From an uncultured Candidatus Saccharibacteria bacterium (GTDB lineage Bacteria; Patescibacteriota; UBA1384; XYA2-FULL-43-10; 1-14-0-10-43-13), in assembly GCA_964364265.1 (NCBI GenBank), contig CAYILA010000001.1:6808-70807 (forward strand): 64,000 nucleotides of DNA. Direction: 5' to 3'. The notes below the pieces were generated by a model that was given only the letters and a program-made list of their open reading frames with translations, was not told the DNA's origin and did not search any database. A program made the position numbers and the translations under genes. Shown here in pieces: positions 29,579 to 39,778 of this stretch. Positions within the stretch are counted from its first letter, which is position 1. Each line of letters opens with the position of its first letter.

Positions 29579-31771
29579 ATGAATAATAAGTCAAAAATCA
29601 AAATTGGTTTTTTATCGACCTACACTCCTCGACAATGCGGGATTGCTACATATACGAAATCTTTAGTTGAGATTATAAGCCAGCTTTATCTTAAAGATCC
29701 GGTTTCCGTTTTGGCGGTAAGCAATGAAAAAGGAATTTATAAGTATCCCAAAGAGGTGCTGTTTGAGATAGATCAATTTAATCCAGTCTCTTATATTAAG
29801 GCGGCGGAATATGTAAATGAAAGTCCAATCGAAGTCGTAAATATTCAGCACGAATACGGTATTTTCGGCGGTGAAGACGGAAACTATATAATAAAATTTT
29901 TGCAATGCGTCAATAAGCCGGTTATCACAACATTGCACTCGGTTTTGAAAATTCATAGTCCCCATCGCCAAGAACTGACACAAAAAATTTTAGATCTTTC
30001 GGACAAGGTTGTGGTAATGACCGAGAGCGCCAAAAAGGTATTAATTGACACTTTCAAAATCGTTCCAAATAAGATAGTAGTGATTCGCCACGGGGTTCCC
30101 AATGTCCGATATGACGACAAGGGAAAAGCCAAGAAAAAACTAAAGCTTGTCGGCAAAAAGGTTTTCTGCACTTTCGGACTAATTAATCGAGGCAAAGGCA
30201 TTGAATATGCCATCGAGGCGATGAGAGAAATAGCGAAAAAACACCCCGATTCGATTTATCTGATCATTGGCGCCACTCATCCGAATGTAAAAAGGATGGA
30301 GGGGGAAAATTATCGCCGGATGCTGGAAAACTTGGTTCGAAAATACGGGCTGGACAAGAATGTTTATTTTATTAACAAATTTTTAGACTATAGTCAACTG
30401 GTTGATTATCTGGTGGCGACCGATATTTATCTTTCGCCCCAGCAGGATTTTAATCAATCTTTCTCCGGCGCCATTTCTTATGCGATGGGTTGCGGTTGCG
30501 CAATTATATCGTCTCCGACAGCATATGCTCTTGAGGTACTCGCCAACAATCGCGGTATAATAATAAAACCCGAGCCCAAAATCATTAGCAAGGAAGTCAA
30601 AAAATTATTTGAAAACGGCGCTCTAGGGAAAATACAACTGCGTTGCTACAATTACGCTCGAGCCATGATTTGGCCCGAGGTCGGATTAAAAAAATTAGGG
30701 TTGATGGAGAGGCAGATTTATTTGCAGAATGAGAAATGGCGTCAGAGACTTCCAAAATTCACCGAAGCGCCCGAAAATGATCATTTAATCGATATGACAA
30801 CAAAAATAGGTATCGTCCAGCATGCTGTCAAATCAAAACCGGACTTTAGGTTTGGGTACAGTTTAGATGATCAGGCCAGAGCATTAATCGCCTGTCTCAA
30901 ACAAATAAAATTATTTGGAAAAAATGCCCGAATAGAAGAATTGACAAATTACTATCTGGACTATCTGAAAATCGCTATTGATGAAACGGGGATCATTCAT
31001 AATTTCATTAATAGCAAAGGAAAAATAATCGACCAATACGCTTCGGCTGATTCGGTTAGCCGCGCTTTCTGGTCGCTGGCATATTTGGTCAGTTCAAAAA
31101 GCGTTTCAAGGGCGAATCGGAATAAGGCAAAAAAACTGATCGCGGTCTATGAAGCGAGGATTTTCAATACCTACCTGCGCCCAATCGCCTTTAATTTAAT
31201 CGGGTATTCATTTCTTGGCGATAAAAATAGCGCTAAACGTTTGGCGGATAATTTGGTCGAACGTTTCTTGGATAATACCGAAAACAATTGGAGGTGGTTT
31301 GAAGAGGAGATGACTTGGGGCAACGGCATTATTCCTTACGCTCTGGTTAGGGCATACCGTTTAACAAAAGAAAAAAGATATTTGGATATTGCGATCGAAT
31401 CGACGAACTTCCTGGAGAAAGTAACCCGAAAGAAAAACGTTCCGGTTCCGGTCGGTCAGGAAGAATGGTATCGGAAAGATCATACCAAAGCCCTCTACGA
31501 TCAGCAGCCAATCGAGGCGGCCGATATGGTTTTGTTGTTTAATGAACTTTATTATGCCACAGATGAAGAGAAATATAGGCAAAAAGCGCTGGAGTGGATG
31601 GGTTGGTTTTTCGGAAATAATATCAACGAAACAATAATGTATGATAACATCACACACGGTATTTTGGATGGGCTGGGGCGGACAGGGCCGAACTTAAATC
31701 AGGGAGCCGAATCAATCGCAATATATTTGCTCGCTTACCTTTCTTTCTCCGGCGATGACCGGGTGTTATAA
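29579..31771 (+). CDS. GT4 glycosyltransferase fused to a C-terminal alpha/alpha-barrel-like domain
   Basis: PRQCGIATY, QHEYGIFGG, KGIEY; C-terminal GYSLDDQARAL, DQQPIE, NQGAES. Confidence 0.85.
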   Translation: MNNKSKIKIGFLSTYTPRQCGIATYTKSLVEIISQLYLKDPVSVLAVSNEKGIYKYPKEVLFEIDQFNPVSYIKAAEYVNESPIEVVNIQHEYGIFGGEDGNYIIKFLQCVNKPVITTLHSVLKIHSPHRQELTQKILDLSDKVVVMTESAKKVLIDTFKIVPNKIVVIRHGVPNVRYDDKGKAKKKLKLVGKKVFCTFGLINRGKGIEYAIEAMREIAKKHPDSIYLIIGATHPNVKRMEGENYRRMLENLVRKYGLDKNVYFINKFLDYSQLVDYLVATDIYLSPQQDFNQSFSGAISYAMGCGCAIISSPTAYALEVLANNRGIIIKPEPKIISKEVKKLFENGALGKIQLRCYNYARAMIWPEVGLKKLGLMERQIYLQNEKWRQRLPKFTEAPENDHLIDMTTKIGIVQHAVKSKPDFRFGYSLDDQARALIACLKQIKLFGKNARIEELTNYYLDYLKIAIDETGIIHNFINSKGKIIDQYASADSVSRAFWSLAYLVSSKSVSRANRNKAKKLIAVYEARIFNTYLRPIAFNLIGYSFLGDKNSAKRLADNLVERFLDNTENNWRWFEEEMTWGNGIIPYALVRAYRLTKEKRYLDIAIESTNFLEKVTRKKNVPVPVGQEEWYRKDHTKALYDQQPIEAADMVLLFNELYYATDEEKYRQKALEWMGWFFGNNINETIMYDNITHGILDGLGRTGPNLNQGAESIAIYLLAYLSFSGDDRVL

Positions 31772-31782
31772 TTGGTCTAATC

Positions 31783-32349
31783 ATGATCTCATATATTGAG
31801 GGAAAAGTAATATACCGAAAAAACAGCAAGGTAATAATTAATACCGGATTTCTTGGCTATGGTGTTATTGTCTCTCCAAAATTAGAATTTAGAAAGAATG
31901 AAAATTGTAAATTATTCACATATCACAATGTGAGGGAAAATCTAGAAGAGTTGTATGGATTTTCTAGCACCGAAGAGCTTGAATTATTTGAGTTATTGCT
32001 TTTGGTAAACGGAGTCGGCCCCAAAGCGGCGATGCAAATAATATCTTCTTCTGAAATAGACAAAATAAAAAACTCGATATTTTCCGGCGACGCCGTTTTT
32101 TTCACGATGATTCCAGGTATCGGCAAAAAGGTTGCCGGTAAGATTATTCTGGAATTAAAATCAAAAATCGGGATACTCGAAAATAAGGATATGACCATGA
32201 CATTTTCGGAGGACGATGAGGTTTTTGACACATTATCCACCCTTGGTTACAAGAAACATGAGATAGAAAAAATCACGCATAAGATACCAAAAGATATAAA
32301 AACAACCGAAGCGAGAGTTAAATGGTATTTAAAAAACTTATCTAAATAA
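31783..32349 (+). CDS. ruvA: Holliday junction branch migration protein RuvA
   Basis: MISYIEG, LYGF, VNGVGPKAA, IPGIGKK. Confidence 0.95.
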   Translation: MISYIEGKVIYRKNSKVIINTGFLGYGVIVSPKLEFRKNENCKLFTYHNVRENLEELYGFSSTEELELFELLLLVNGVGPKAAMQIISSSEIDKIKNSIFSGDAVFFTMIPGIGKKVAGKIILELKSKIGILENKDMTMTFSEDDEVFDTLSTLGYKKHEIEKITHKIPKDIKTTEARVKWYLKNLSK

Positions 32350-32358
32350 TGAGTAACA

Positions 32359-33390
32359 ATGGATATTGAAGACAAGAACATAACCGATCCTTTAGCCGAA
32401 GACGAAGTTTTTGAAAATAATTTAAGACCTAGGGTTATTGATGAATACATCGGCCAGAGCCATATTAAAGAAAATCTCTTAATATTGCTTCGGGCTGCTC
32501 AAAAACGGAAAGAACCGATCGAACACCTGATGCTTTATGGGCCTCCCGGACTTGGAAAAACAACATTGGCTCATGTCATTGCTAATGAGATGAATGCCCC
32601 GATCAGAGTTACCTCCGGACCGGCAATCGAGAGAGCCGGAGATTTGGCTTCGATATTAACCAATATGAATGAGGGAGAGATTCTTTTTATCGATGAAATC
32701 CATCGAATCAACCGCCATGTTGAAGAAGTATTGTATCCGGCGATGGAGGATTATGCGATTGATCTAATTATCGGCAAAGGACCGGCGGCGCGGACAATGA
32801 GAATCGATCTACCTAAATTCACAATCATCGGAGCCACCACTCGAGTCGGCTTGTTATCTTCGCCGCTTCGGGATCGGTTTGGAGCGGTTTATCGATTGGA
32901 TTTTTACAACAATGACGAATTGGCGAGAATTTTAGGGAGGTCTTCAAAAATATTGAATTTAAAAATCGATGACGCCGGAATTTTTGAAATTGCTCAACGG
33001 TCCCGCCGGACGCCCAGAATTGCCAACCGATTACTGCGCCGAGTCAGGGATTTTTCCGAAGTGATGCACAAAGGATCGATTGACAGAGAGATAGCCCATC
33101 AGGCATTATCAAAATTGGATATAGACGGTGTCGGTTTGGATAAAGTGGATAAGCTTTATCTTTCAATGTTGATTGAAAAATTCGGCGGCGGGCCGGTCGG
33201 GCTGGAAACAATTTCAGCGGCGATCGGAGAGGACAAGGATACGATCGAGGATGTTGTTGAGCCGTTCCTTCTTCAATTAGGTTTTATCAACCGAACCAAA
33301 AAGGGCAGGGTTGTCACTCCAATTTGTTATGAACATTTGAAAATAAATCTGCCGGCTGGCGGAAAAAAAGAGGACCAAAAATTATTTTAA
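32359..33390 (+). CDS. ruvB: Holliday junction helicase RuvB
   Basis: [37 protein letters not shown]. Confidence 0.98.
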   Translation: MDIEDKNITDPLAEDEVFENNLRPRVIDEYIGQSHIKENLLILLRAAQKRKEPIEHLMLYGPPGLGKTTLAHVIANEMNAPIRVTSGPAIERAGDLASILTNMNEGEILFIDEIHRINRHVEEVLYPAMEDYAIDLIIGKGPAARTMRIDLPKFTIIGATTRVGLLSSPLRDRFGAVYRLDFYNNDELARILGRSSKILNLKIDDAGIFEIAQRSRRTPRIANRLLRRVRDFSEVMHKGSIDREIAHQALSKLDIDGVGLDKVDKLYLSMLIEKFGGGPVGLETISAAIGEDKDTIEDVVEPFLLQLGFINRTKKGRVVTPICYEHLKINLPAGGKKEDQKLF

Positions 33391-33413
33391 GGCAAAATAA
33401 AAGGTAGAATAAA

Positions 33414-33977
33414 ATGACATCCGGCAAAAAGGATAATGTCTTACTTCATGTCTGTTGCGCCGCCTGCGCCAGTTTTGTCTCTTTAGAAATGGAAAAAAAC
33501 AATTATCATTCAGTATTATTTTATTTTAATCCTCACTTCAACCATTTAGAATACCACTATCGGTTCCAGGGATTGGAAAAAATGTCGGCAACAAAAGATC
33601 TGGAGCTAATCGTTCCAAATTACAATCAGGATGAATATTTTTCAATCATAAATCCATTTCAGGATAAAAAATCAATCAAATTCATCAGTGACGAGGAGCG
33701 ATTAAACCGAACAAAGAGGGAATTAGCAATGGATCTTGTTCTGACAAAGTTGGCGGAGAAAGCGAAAGAGTTTAAAATCAAAGTAGTCACGACTTCAATG
33801 CTTTGTTCGCCGTATCGTGATCACAACACAATTTGGGATATGGGATCAAAGATTTCAAAAGATCACAAATTAGAGTTTTATTATCAGGATTTTCGCAAAG
33901 GTTACTGGATGGGAAGAAACATTGCCAGAAATTCCAACTTGGCGATTCCTTCCTACTGTTCGGATTATTTGGAGTAA
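33414..33977 (+). CDS. QueH (epoxyqueuosine reductase)-like protein, divergent
   Basis: LLHVCCAAC, FYFNP, TTSM..SPY, DFRKGY; later Cys motifs are reduced. Confidence 0.65.
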   Translation: MTSGKKDNVLLHVCCAACASFVSLEMEKNNYHSVLFYFNPHFNHLEYHYRFQGLEKMSATKDLELIVPNYNQDEYFSIINPFQDKKSIKFISDEERLNRTKRELAMDLVLTKLAEKAKEFKIKVVTTSMLCSPYRDHNTIWDMGSKISKDHKLEFYYQDFRKGYWMGRNIARNSNLAIPSYCSDYLE

Positions 33978-33978
33978 T

Positions 33979-34170
33979 ATGACATACCTAATTCTTTTAT
34001 TCTTCGCGATCCTTCTGTTTTTCGCTCTTTATAGTTTTGTCGGAATTTACCATTTGTGGCGTTTTGGATATGTCGGCGATATGACAAAACCGTTCGTGGT
34101 AATTTATTTAATTGTGGCTGCTACCGTATCGATATTTTCATTTATTCTATTAATAATTCAGGTTTATTAA
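33979..34170 (+). CDS. Small two-TM membrane protein
   Basis: ATG after GGAG; YHLWRFG motif between two hydrophobic helices. Confidence 0.6.
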   Translation: MTYLILLFFAILLFFALYSFVGIYHLWRFGYVGDMTKPFVVIYLIVAATVSIFSFILLIIQVY

Positions 34171-34911
34171 ATGAGAAGAGAAAAGAGATTATTTCCAACC
34201 CAAGAACCAAGCGAAGAGGTCAGGCTACTTCTTCGCAAGCATTGGTTTCGCTATGTCCCGATAATGTTAATTGCGGCATTGATGCTTGCGCCGTTGATTA
34301 TTCTTGTCAACTACTATTATGTTGTTTATCAGCAGATTGATTCTTTATATGGAGCAATCATGATAATCGGAGGGACATCATACGCCCTGTTTATTCTGGC
34401 TCTGATGTTGTTTATTTTTGTCGATTATTATCTTGATATTAATATTGTTACTGACAGAAGAATCGTCGATATCAGACAGGACGGTTTTTTCCATCGGACA
34501 ATATCGGAATTGAGTTTGGATGAAGTTCAGGATGTTTCAGCGGCGGTCAACGGTCCCTTTGCAACCACGATGCACTACGGCGATGTTCTAATTCAAACAG
34601 CCGGAACTTTGCCGAACTTTACTTTCTTTTCCGTTCCTCATCCGTATCAGGTTTCAAAAGAGATTATGGATTTGCATGATCAAAGGGAAAGACGGTTGAG
34701 AAAAGCCGGCACCGGCAAATTGATTAATCCCTCCGGAGAGGATGTCGAAATTATTATCGCTCCGGATCAGGAAAAAGCCCGGGAAATATTAAGCGGCATT
34801 GAAAGAGATAAAAGCAGAGAAGGCAGAAGTAGAACCGTCAGCTATTTTGATTATTCAAAGATTGATAAGGGTACGGAAGTTAGGGAGGGTGAAAGCGTTG
34901 ATATTAAATGA
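34171..34911 (+). CDS. Bacterial PH domain membrane protein
   Basis: RKHW, two TM helices, IVTDRRIVDI, YGDVLIQTAG. Confidence 0.8.
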   Translation: MRREKRLFPTQEPSEEVRLLLRKHWFRYVPIMLIAALMLAPLIILVNYYYVVYQQIDSLYGAIMIIGGTSYALFILALMLFIFVDYYLDINIVTDRRIVDIRQDGFFHRTISELSLDEVQDVSAAVNGPFATTMHYGDVLIQTAGTLPNFTFFSVPHPYQVSKEIMDLHDQRERRLRKAGTGKLINPSGEDVEIIIAPDQEKAREILSGIERDKSREGRSRTVSYFDYSKIDKGTEVREGESVDIK

Positions 34912-34985
34912 AAAAAATTCGGTTCGATGAAATTGTCCACTGTTTTTATGCGGTCGCAAACAATGCGTTAAGGTTTCTCGAATAA

Positions 34986-35714
34986 TTATCGGTATTTCCC
35001 AGCGATGATGTTTTTGCGTACTTGCCAGGAGTCTTTGATCATTTGAAAACCGTCTTTGATCGGGTTGACGGTTGAATGGGGATTGTCGTACCAAATTATT
35101 CCGACCTCTTTGATTTTATAACCCAATTTTTTAGCGATCGCTAATACTTCGATGTCAAAGGAGAAACGATCGAATTTAGTTCTTTTGAATATTTCTATGG
35201 CGGCATCATGTTGAAAGAGTTTAAATCCGCACTGGGTGTCGTAAATACCCGGAACAGCTAAAATCCTGATTATCAAATTCAAAAAACGGCTTCCCCATAT
35301 TCGATAAAAAGGTTGAGGTCGAGCTAATTTCCCATCCCACGAGTATCTCGAACCGACAACCACTTCATGGCTCTCGGCCACGTCTAGAAGTTTTTTTACC
35401 TGTTCAATCGGGGTTGAGTTATCGGCGTCGGCAAATAATATATAATCGCCTTTTGCTTGCAAAATACCCTCCCTGACGGTATATCCCTTGCCCCGATTTT
35501 CTTCCCGACTGATTATTTTTAAATCGGAAATTCGGTCTGAAAATCGCTGAGCCGATTTGTCGGTTCGATCCGGAGAGCCGTCAATTAGAACTATCGTCTC
35601 GATAGAAAACTCGACATGTCTTTCGAAGCGTTCAACCGCCTCTAAAACAACATGGATTCTTTCCTCTTCTTTGTATGCTGGAATGACGATTGAAAGATGC
35701 GGTTTATTCTCCAT
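34986..35714 (-). CDS. GT2 polyprenol-phosphate glycosyltransferase
   Basis: SIVIPAY, DGSPD, FADAD, DTQCGFKLF, FSFDIE. Confidence 0.9.
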   Translation of the reverse strand: MENKPHLSIVIPAYKEEERIHVVLEAVERFERHVEFSIETIVLIDGSPDRTDKSAQRFSDRISDLKIISREENRGKGYTVREGILQAKGDYILFADADNSTPIEQVKKLLDVAESHEVVVGSRYSWDGKLARPQPFYRIWGSRFLNLIIRILAVPGIYDTQCGFKLFQHDAAIEIFKRTKFDRFSFDIEVLAIAKKLGYKIKEVGIIWYDNPHSTVNPIKDGFQMIKDSWQVRKNIIAGKYR

Positions 35715-35723
35715 TATTCCCCT

Positions 35724-37541
35724 TTATTTTTGCTGATTAAAAAGAGGGTTTGCGGTATTCGATATCGCGGTGTCGATTTTGGTGATCGGATAAGGGCTGG
35801 TCGGCGGATTGTCACGCAGTTGTTCGTCGCTGATATTAAATACCAGAATCGATCCCCCTATTTCGGTTGTCGGTTTATATTGATCCAACCAGCCGTACGA
35901 CCACTTTCCCTCCTTTTCGCCATAAAGTTTTGAGGATTGGTAAAAGGTTGACGAAACCGCCAACCAACCGGCCGCCGGACCGTAAGAACTGTGCCACTCC
36001 CGAGCTTCCGGAATATAGTAACTTGGCACCGAACCTCCAAAATAGTCCACTTTAATATCGGAAATACCGTTATCGTCTATATATTTTTTTAACCTAAGCA
36101 TATCCTGACCCCAATCAAGAGAAGAATCGACCATATATTTGTAGCGTTGGTCTTTCGGTACGAAATTATTAAAATAAGCAATATATTGGGGATAGTATGA
36201 AATAGTGTGATACATTTGGAAAGCGACCAAAACTAAGACGATGCCAAATAAATATTTCTTATCTTTTATTTTACTTACCAACCAACCGATTAACAAAAGT
36301 ACGAATGGAACAGTTGGCATTAGGTGGCGGATTCCGATATTTAGCGATCCCTTCAGAGTAAACGCCCAGTAAATTATTATCGGTATCGAGACCAACCAAA
36401 TTTTCCAAGATTCTTCTTTGGTTTTTTTAATAAAGAATAGGGAGACAACCGAAGCGAGGGTCAGAACAATAATCGGAATCGGGGTTTTTATCAACCAGGC
36501 GACCGGGAAAAACCAAGGGATTGATTTCTCGGCGACCTGTCCCATCAAGAAAGTGGCGTTGCCGCCCCCGACACGACCAATTACCAAGAAAATACCAAGA
36601 AGGTAATGGCCGACAGCCCGGGTTATCGGATTACCCTCAAAAAGGTGCAGAAAATTACGCAAGATCAGGGTTCTGGAATCGTCGGTTAAGTTACTCTCAA
36701 TCACTTCGTGCTCAATCGAAACCGGAGTGTTCCAGACAAAAGGAATATAGACCAACCAGACTAGAATCAGGGAAATAAAACAAACCCAGAAATATATTTT
36801 TAAATATGACAATATATTATTCCGGTATTCCTTCCGACTATTAATCCAAGCCCGAACAAATATCAGAAGCAAAAGGACCCCGTATAACAGAAAGGCGGAA
36901 AATTTTAAGAGCTGGGCGACACCAAAGGATAAACCGGCAATAATGATATTTCTTAGACTCGGTTTTTCAATGGCGTTATTAAAACTCAAGATTGTTATCA
37001 GATAACCAAACGCCGCCGCAATGTCGGTCGTTACCAACCGGCCGTGAGCGATGACATCGGGATAAAAAGCATAAAAGGCGAGGACTATCAAACCGACTTT
37101 CTTACCATACCAGCGGCTGGCAACGAGATAGAGTATTAATCCTAAAATCAACATCAAAATCATAATTGGAATCCGACTCATCAGTAATACCTGTTTTGGA
37201 TTATTACCGGCTTCGTAAAGCATATACCAACCGGCTTCCCATTGGTTGATTCCGTTCCAACTCCAATCGTCCTTTATCCCTTTTATTTCGTTATTGAGAG
37301 TCAGAGGAATGCCGGCGAGCGCTTTGGCCAAAGGCGGATGTTCCGGATTGAGGCGAAAATCTTGATATTTATCATACGAGTAGCCGGAGGGAATATGGGC
37401 AATTTCGTCAACCGTTCCGGAGTCGCCCGGGTCGCCGAATGCCCCGCTGGAGGAAAAAAAAGCGATTAAAAACATCGACAATAAGATTATTCCGGCGATT
37501 ATCCAAGCAAGAATGGTATTTGAGATATTTTTATTGTTCAT
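35724..37541 (-). CDS. GT-C fold (PMT/ArnT-like) glycosyltransferase
   Basis: DEIAH, NPEHPPL, multi-TM, DSSLDWGQD. Confidence 0.85.
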   Translation of the reverse strand: MNNKNISNTILAWIIAGIILLSMFLIAFFSSSGAFGDPGDSGTVDEIAHIPSGYSYDKYQDFRLNPEHPPLAKALAGIPLTLNNEIKGIKDDWSWNGINQWEAGWYMLYEAGNNPKQVLLMSRIPIMILMLILGLILYLVASRWYGKKVGLIVLAFYAFYPDVIAHGRLVTTDIAAAFGYLITILSFNNAIEKPSLRNIIIAGLSFGVAQLLKFSAFLLYGVLLLLIFVRAWINSRKEYRNNILSYLKIYFWVCFISLILVWLVYIPFVWNTPVSIEHEVIESNLTDDSRTLILRNFLHLFEGNPITRAVGHYLLGIFLVIGRVGGGNATFLMGQVAEKSIPWFFPVAWLIKTPIPIIVLTLASVVSLFFIKKTKEESWKIWLVSIPIIIYWAFTLKGSLNIGIRHLMPTVPFVLLLIGWLVSKIKDKKYLFGIVLVLVAFQMYHTISYYPQYIAYFNNFVPKDQRYKYMVDSSLDWGQDMLRLKKYIDDNGISDIKVDYFGGSVPSYYIPEAREWHSSYGPAAGWLAVSSTFYQSSKLYGEKEGKWSYGWLDQYKPTTEIGGSILVFNISDEQLRDNPPTSPYPITKIDTAISNTANPLFNQQK

Positions 37542-37553
37542 TATCTTTCTTCA

Positions 37554-39068
37554 TTATTTCGTATTGCTCTCGGCAAAAGACCGTTTTGTTGATTTGACGG
37601 TTACTTTCCATTCCAGATATTTTCCAAGCATCAGTCGGGTCTGGGATTCGATGGCTGGGATTGAGGAAAAGACAATGTTGGTGATTGGGAGGACGATCGG
37701 CGTCAGAATCCAATCCAAGATAATACGGAGGATTGGTTTTTTGCCTTTATGCGGCGGCACCAGTAAGGTTGAAATAATCAAAGTCGTTACCATACCGATC
37801 CAAGCTACTCCCAGAAGACGGGAGTAGACAAGCGGAAAATTGTAGGCCAAGACGGTGTCGCGGAAATCGGGATTTAGAAGCAGCGGAAACCAGGCCGATG
37901 TTGCTAAAATTACCGAAGTGGTTGCCCAAGTAATGTGGGCCTCCCAAAGAATCAGGGCGTTTGCCCAGCGGTCGATGAAAGGAATTTTTTTGTTGCCAAA
38001 AGTGTGTTGCATAACATAGGGGATGTCGGAGACGCCCCAAGCCCAGCGTTTTTTCTGGATATACTGTTCGCGTAAGGTAGTTCGAAAATCTCCGGCCAAA
38101 ATCGCGTCTTGATAGATCGGAACATAGAGAGGCACGACATCATATTGGCCGTTAAATTTATAATATGACCGCCAGTACTGATGTCCGTCTTCGACTATAG
38201 TGTTTTTGGCCCAAAAATTTACCTGAACCAGGGCCTCCAGACTTTGGGCGTGGGCGGAGAAATTTTTTAACCGAGAAGGCCGCGTCGCCACAATCAACTG
38301 CCAGAAAGAAGAACCCATTGCAGTCAAGCGCATCGGCATCGGCACATCCCAAATATTGTTAAAATACATCGGCAGGGGTTGGAAACTCTTATGGACGGGG
38401 TCGTCGTCCATAAGATATTTAAAAGTCAAACAGGCGAGATATTTTTTGTCGACCAAATTGTCGGCGTCCATATTGGTGACAATTACATTTTCAAATGGGA
38501 TATTTTTATCTTTGAAATAGGGGACCATATGCTCGCCGGTGAAAGTGATATTGGGGCCTTTACCAATGATTTCGTTAGGAAGATCTTTCGGGTGCATGAA
38601 AGTTAGAACATCGCCAAGTTTATTTTTATATTTTTTGATTAAAAAATTGGCGTGTGCCCGGCCCTGTTCCCTGTCCCTTTCCTCGGTGGCCAAGACATAT
38701 ATTATTTTATCCTTAGGATAATCGGAATTAATCACCGATTGGATGGATGATTCCAGAATCGGCAACTCCTCTTTGTAGGTCGGAACAATCACCAAATGAT
38801 AAATATCATGCCAGGATTTTTTAGGCGCCAACTCATCCAACTGGGCAAACCAATCAATTTTCATATCTCTTTTGTAATTGCGGTAGCCGACAATCAACCG
38901 GAAGGACATAAAAAAGGCCTTAACGACCCAGTAGCTTAAAAAAAATATCATGTAGACGGCAAAGAATTTTGCGGCGACAATAGACAAAATAATCGGCATA
39001 ACTATAACCAGCCAAGATAGCGCTCCCGGGAGTACTTCAAATAATCTTTTATATCGCCACTGTTTCAT
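37554..39068 (-). CDS. GT2 membrane glycosyltransferase
   Basis: PTYKE, MDAD, IVED, QKKRWAWG. Confidence 0.88.
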   Translation of the reverse strand: MKQWRYKRLFEVLPGALSWLVIVMPIILSIVAAKFFAVYMIFFLSYWVVKAFFMSFRLIVGYRNYKRDMKIDWFAQLDELAPKKSWHDIYHLVIVPTYKEELPILESSIQSVINSDYPKDKIIYVLATEERDREQGRAHANFLIKKYKNKLGDVLTFMHPKDLPNEIIGKGPNITFTGEHMVPYFKDKNIPFENVIVTNMDADNLVDKKYLACLTFKYLMDDDPVHKSFQPLPMYFNNIWDVPMPMRLTAMGSSFWQLIVATRPSRLKNFSAHAQSLEALVQVNFWAKNTIVEDGHQYWRSYYKFNGQYDVVPLYVPIYQDAILAGDFRTTLREQYIQKKRWAWGVSDIPYVMQHTFGNKKIPFIDRWANALILWEAHITWATTSVILATSAWFPLLLNPDFRDTVLAYNFPLVYSRLLGVAWIGMVTTLIISTLLVPPHKGKKPILRIILDWILTPIVLPITNIVFSSIPAIESQTRLMLGKYLEWKVTVKSTKRSFAESNTK

Positions 39069-39080
39069 AGTATGCCTCTA

Positions 39081-39401
39081 TTATAGCCGGGATATATACA
39101 TAATTTCCAGAATGAGGATCAGAAACGCCAAGAAAATGTTGGCCGAGAAAAAGAGGTAGCTGATTTTCTTCTCTTTGTCGAAAGAGGAAACACCGAGGAT
39201 AAAATTGACGACATAGACGATTAATAGGAATTTAATCGGTGAAACCGGAATAATCCAATTACTTTGGGTTTCCATCCATCTTATTTTCATAATCCAAATC
39301 AGATAATCAAGACCAAAAACCGCGATTGAGGCGACCAGCAAATAGAGATCGATATGATCGAAAACCAAGGCGTTTTTCAATAAATTTAATAATGATTTCA
39401 T
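39081..39401 (-). CDS. Small membrane protein
   Basis: Three TM helices; ATG just past the tRNA-Gln 3' end. Confidence 0.6.
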   Translation of the reverse strand: MKSLLNLLKNALVFDHIDLYLLVASIAVFGLDYLIWIMKIRWMETQSNWIIPVSPIKFLLIVYVVNFILGVSSFDKEKKISYLFFSANIFLAFLILILEIMYISRL

Positions 39402-39407
39402 ATTTTG

Positions 39408-39481
39408 TGGTTCCGAGGCATGGACTCGAACCATGATTCACGGCTTCAAAGGCCGCTGTCCTGCCATTAGACGACCTCGGA
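39408..39481 (-). tRNA. tRNA-Gln (TTG)
   Basis: TCCGAGG...CTTTGAA...CCTCGGA-A-CCA. Confidence 0.95.
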
Positions 39482-39538
39482 ATACTTATATTACTCTACT
39501 ATATTTAAGCTCGTTTATCAATCGGAAGAGGGGAAAAA

Positions 39539-39567
39539 TTGAATTATCGAGCTCAAAATGATATAGT
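39539..39567 (+). promoter_or_regulatory. Sigma70 promoter of the Gly/Thr tRNA cluster
   Basis: TTGAAT-17 nt-TATAGT with extended TG. Confidence 0.65.
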
Positions 39568-39581
39568 ATTTAAGGTCATAC

Positions 39582-39777
39582 GCAGGTGTGGTTTAGCGGT
39601 AAAATGCGTCCTTCTTTCACCCTCCGTAGCGGTTCCAAGGGCGAGTGTAGTTTAGTGGCAGAATGCGACCTTCCCAAGGTTGAGGCGGGAGTTCGATTCT
39701 CCTCACTCGCTCCAGAATTGCTACTGCGGAGGACGGGCAAGGATGAGTCGCGGGTTCGATTCCCGTTACCTGCTCCA
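39582..39777 (+). tRNA. Interrupted outer tRNA-Gly with a ~122-nt insert in the anticodon loop
   Basis: 5' half GCAGGTG-TG-GTTT..AAAT-G-CGTCC-TT (39582-39613); 3' half C-AA-GGATG-AGTC-GCGGG-TTCGATT-CCCGT-TACCTGC-TCCA (39738-39777). Confidence 0.8.
39641..39714 (+). tRNA. tRNA-Gly (CCC), nested inside the interrupted tRNA-Gly
   Basis: Complete cloverleaf GCGAGTG...CGACC-TTCCCAA-GGTTG...CACTCGC-T-CCA. Confidence 0.95.
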
Positions 39778-39778
39778 T

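Noticed and set aside
39614-39737. Group I intron or archaeal BHB-type intron in tRNA-Gly
   Set aside because: Only ~48 nt lie outside the nested tRNA, no group I core or clear bulge-helix-bulge is visible, and excision does not restore an NCC anticodon.
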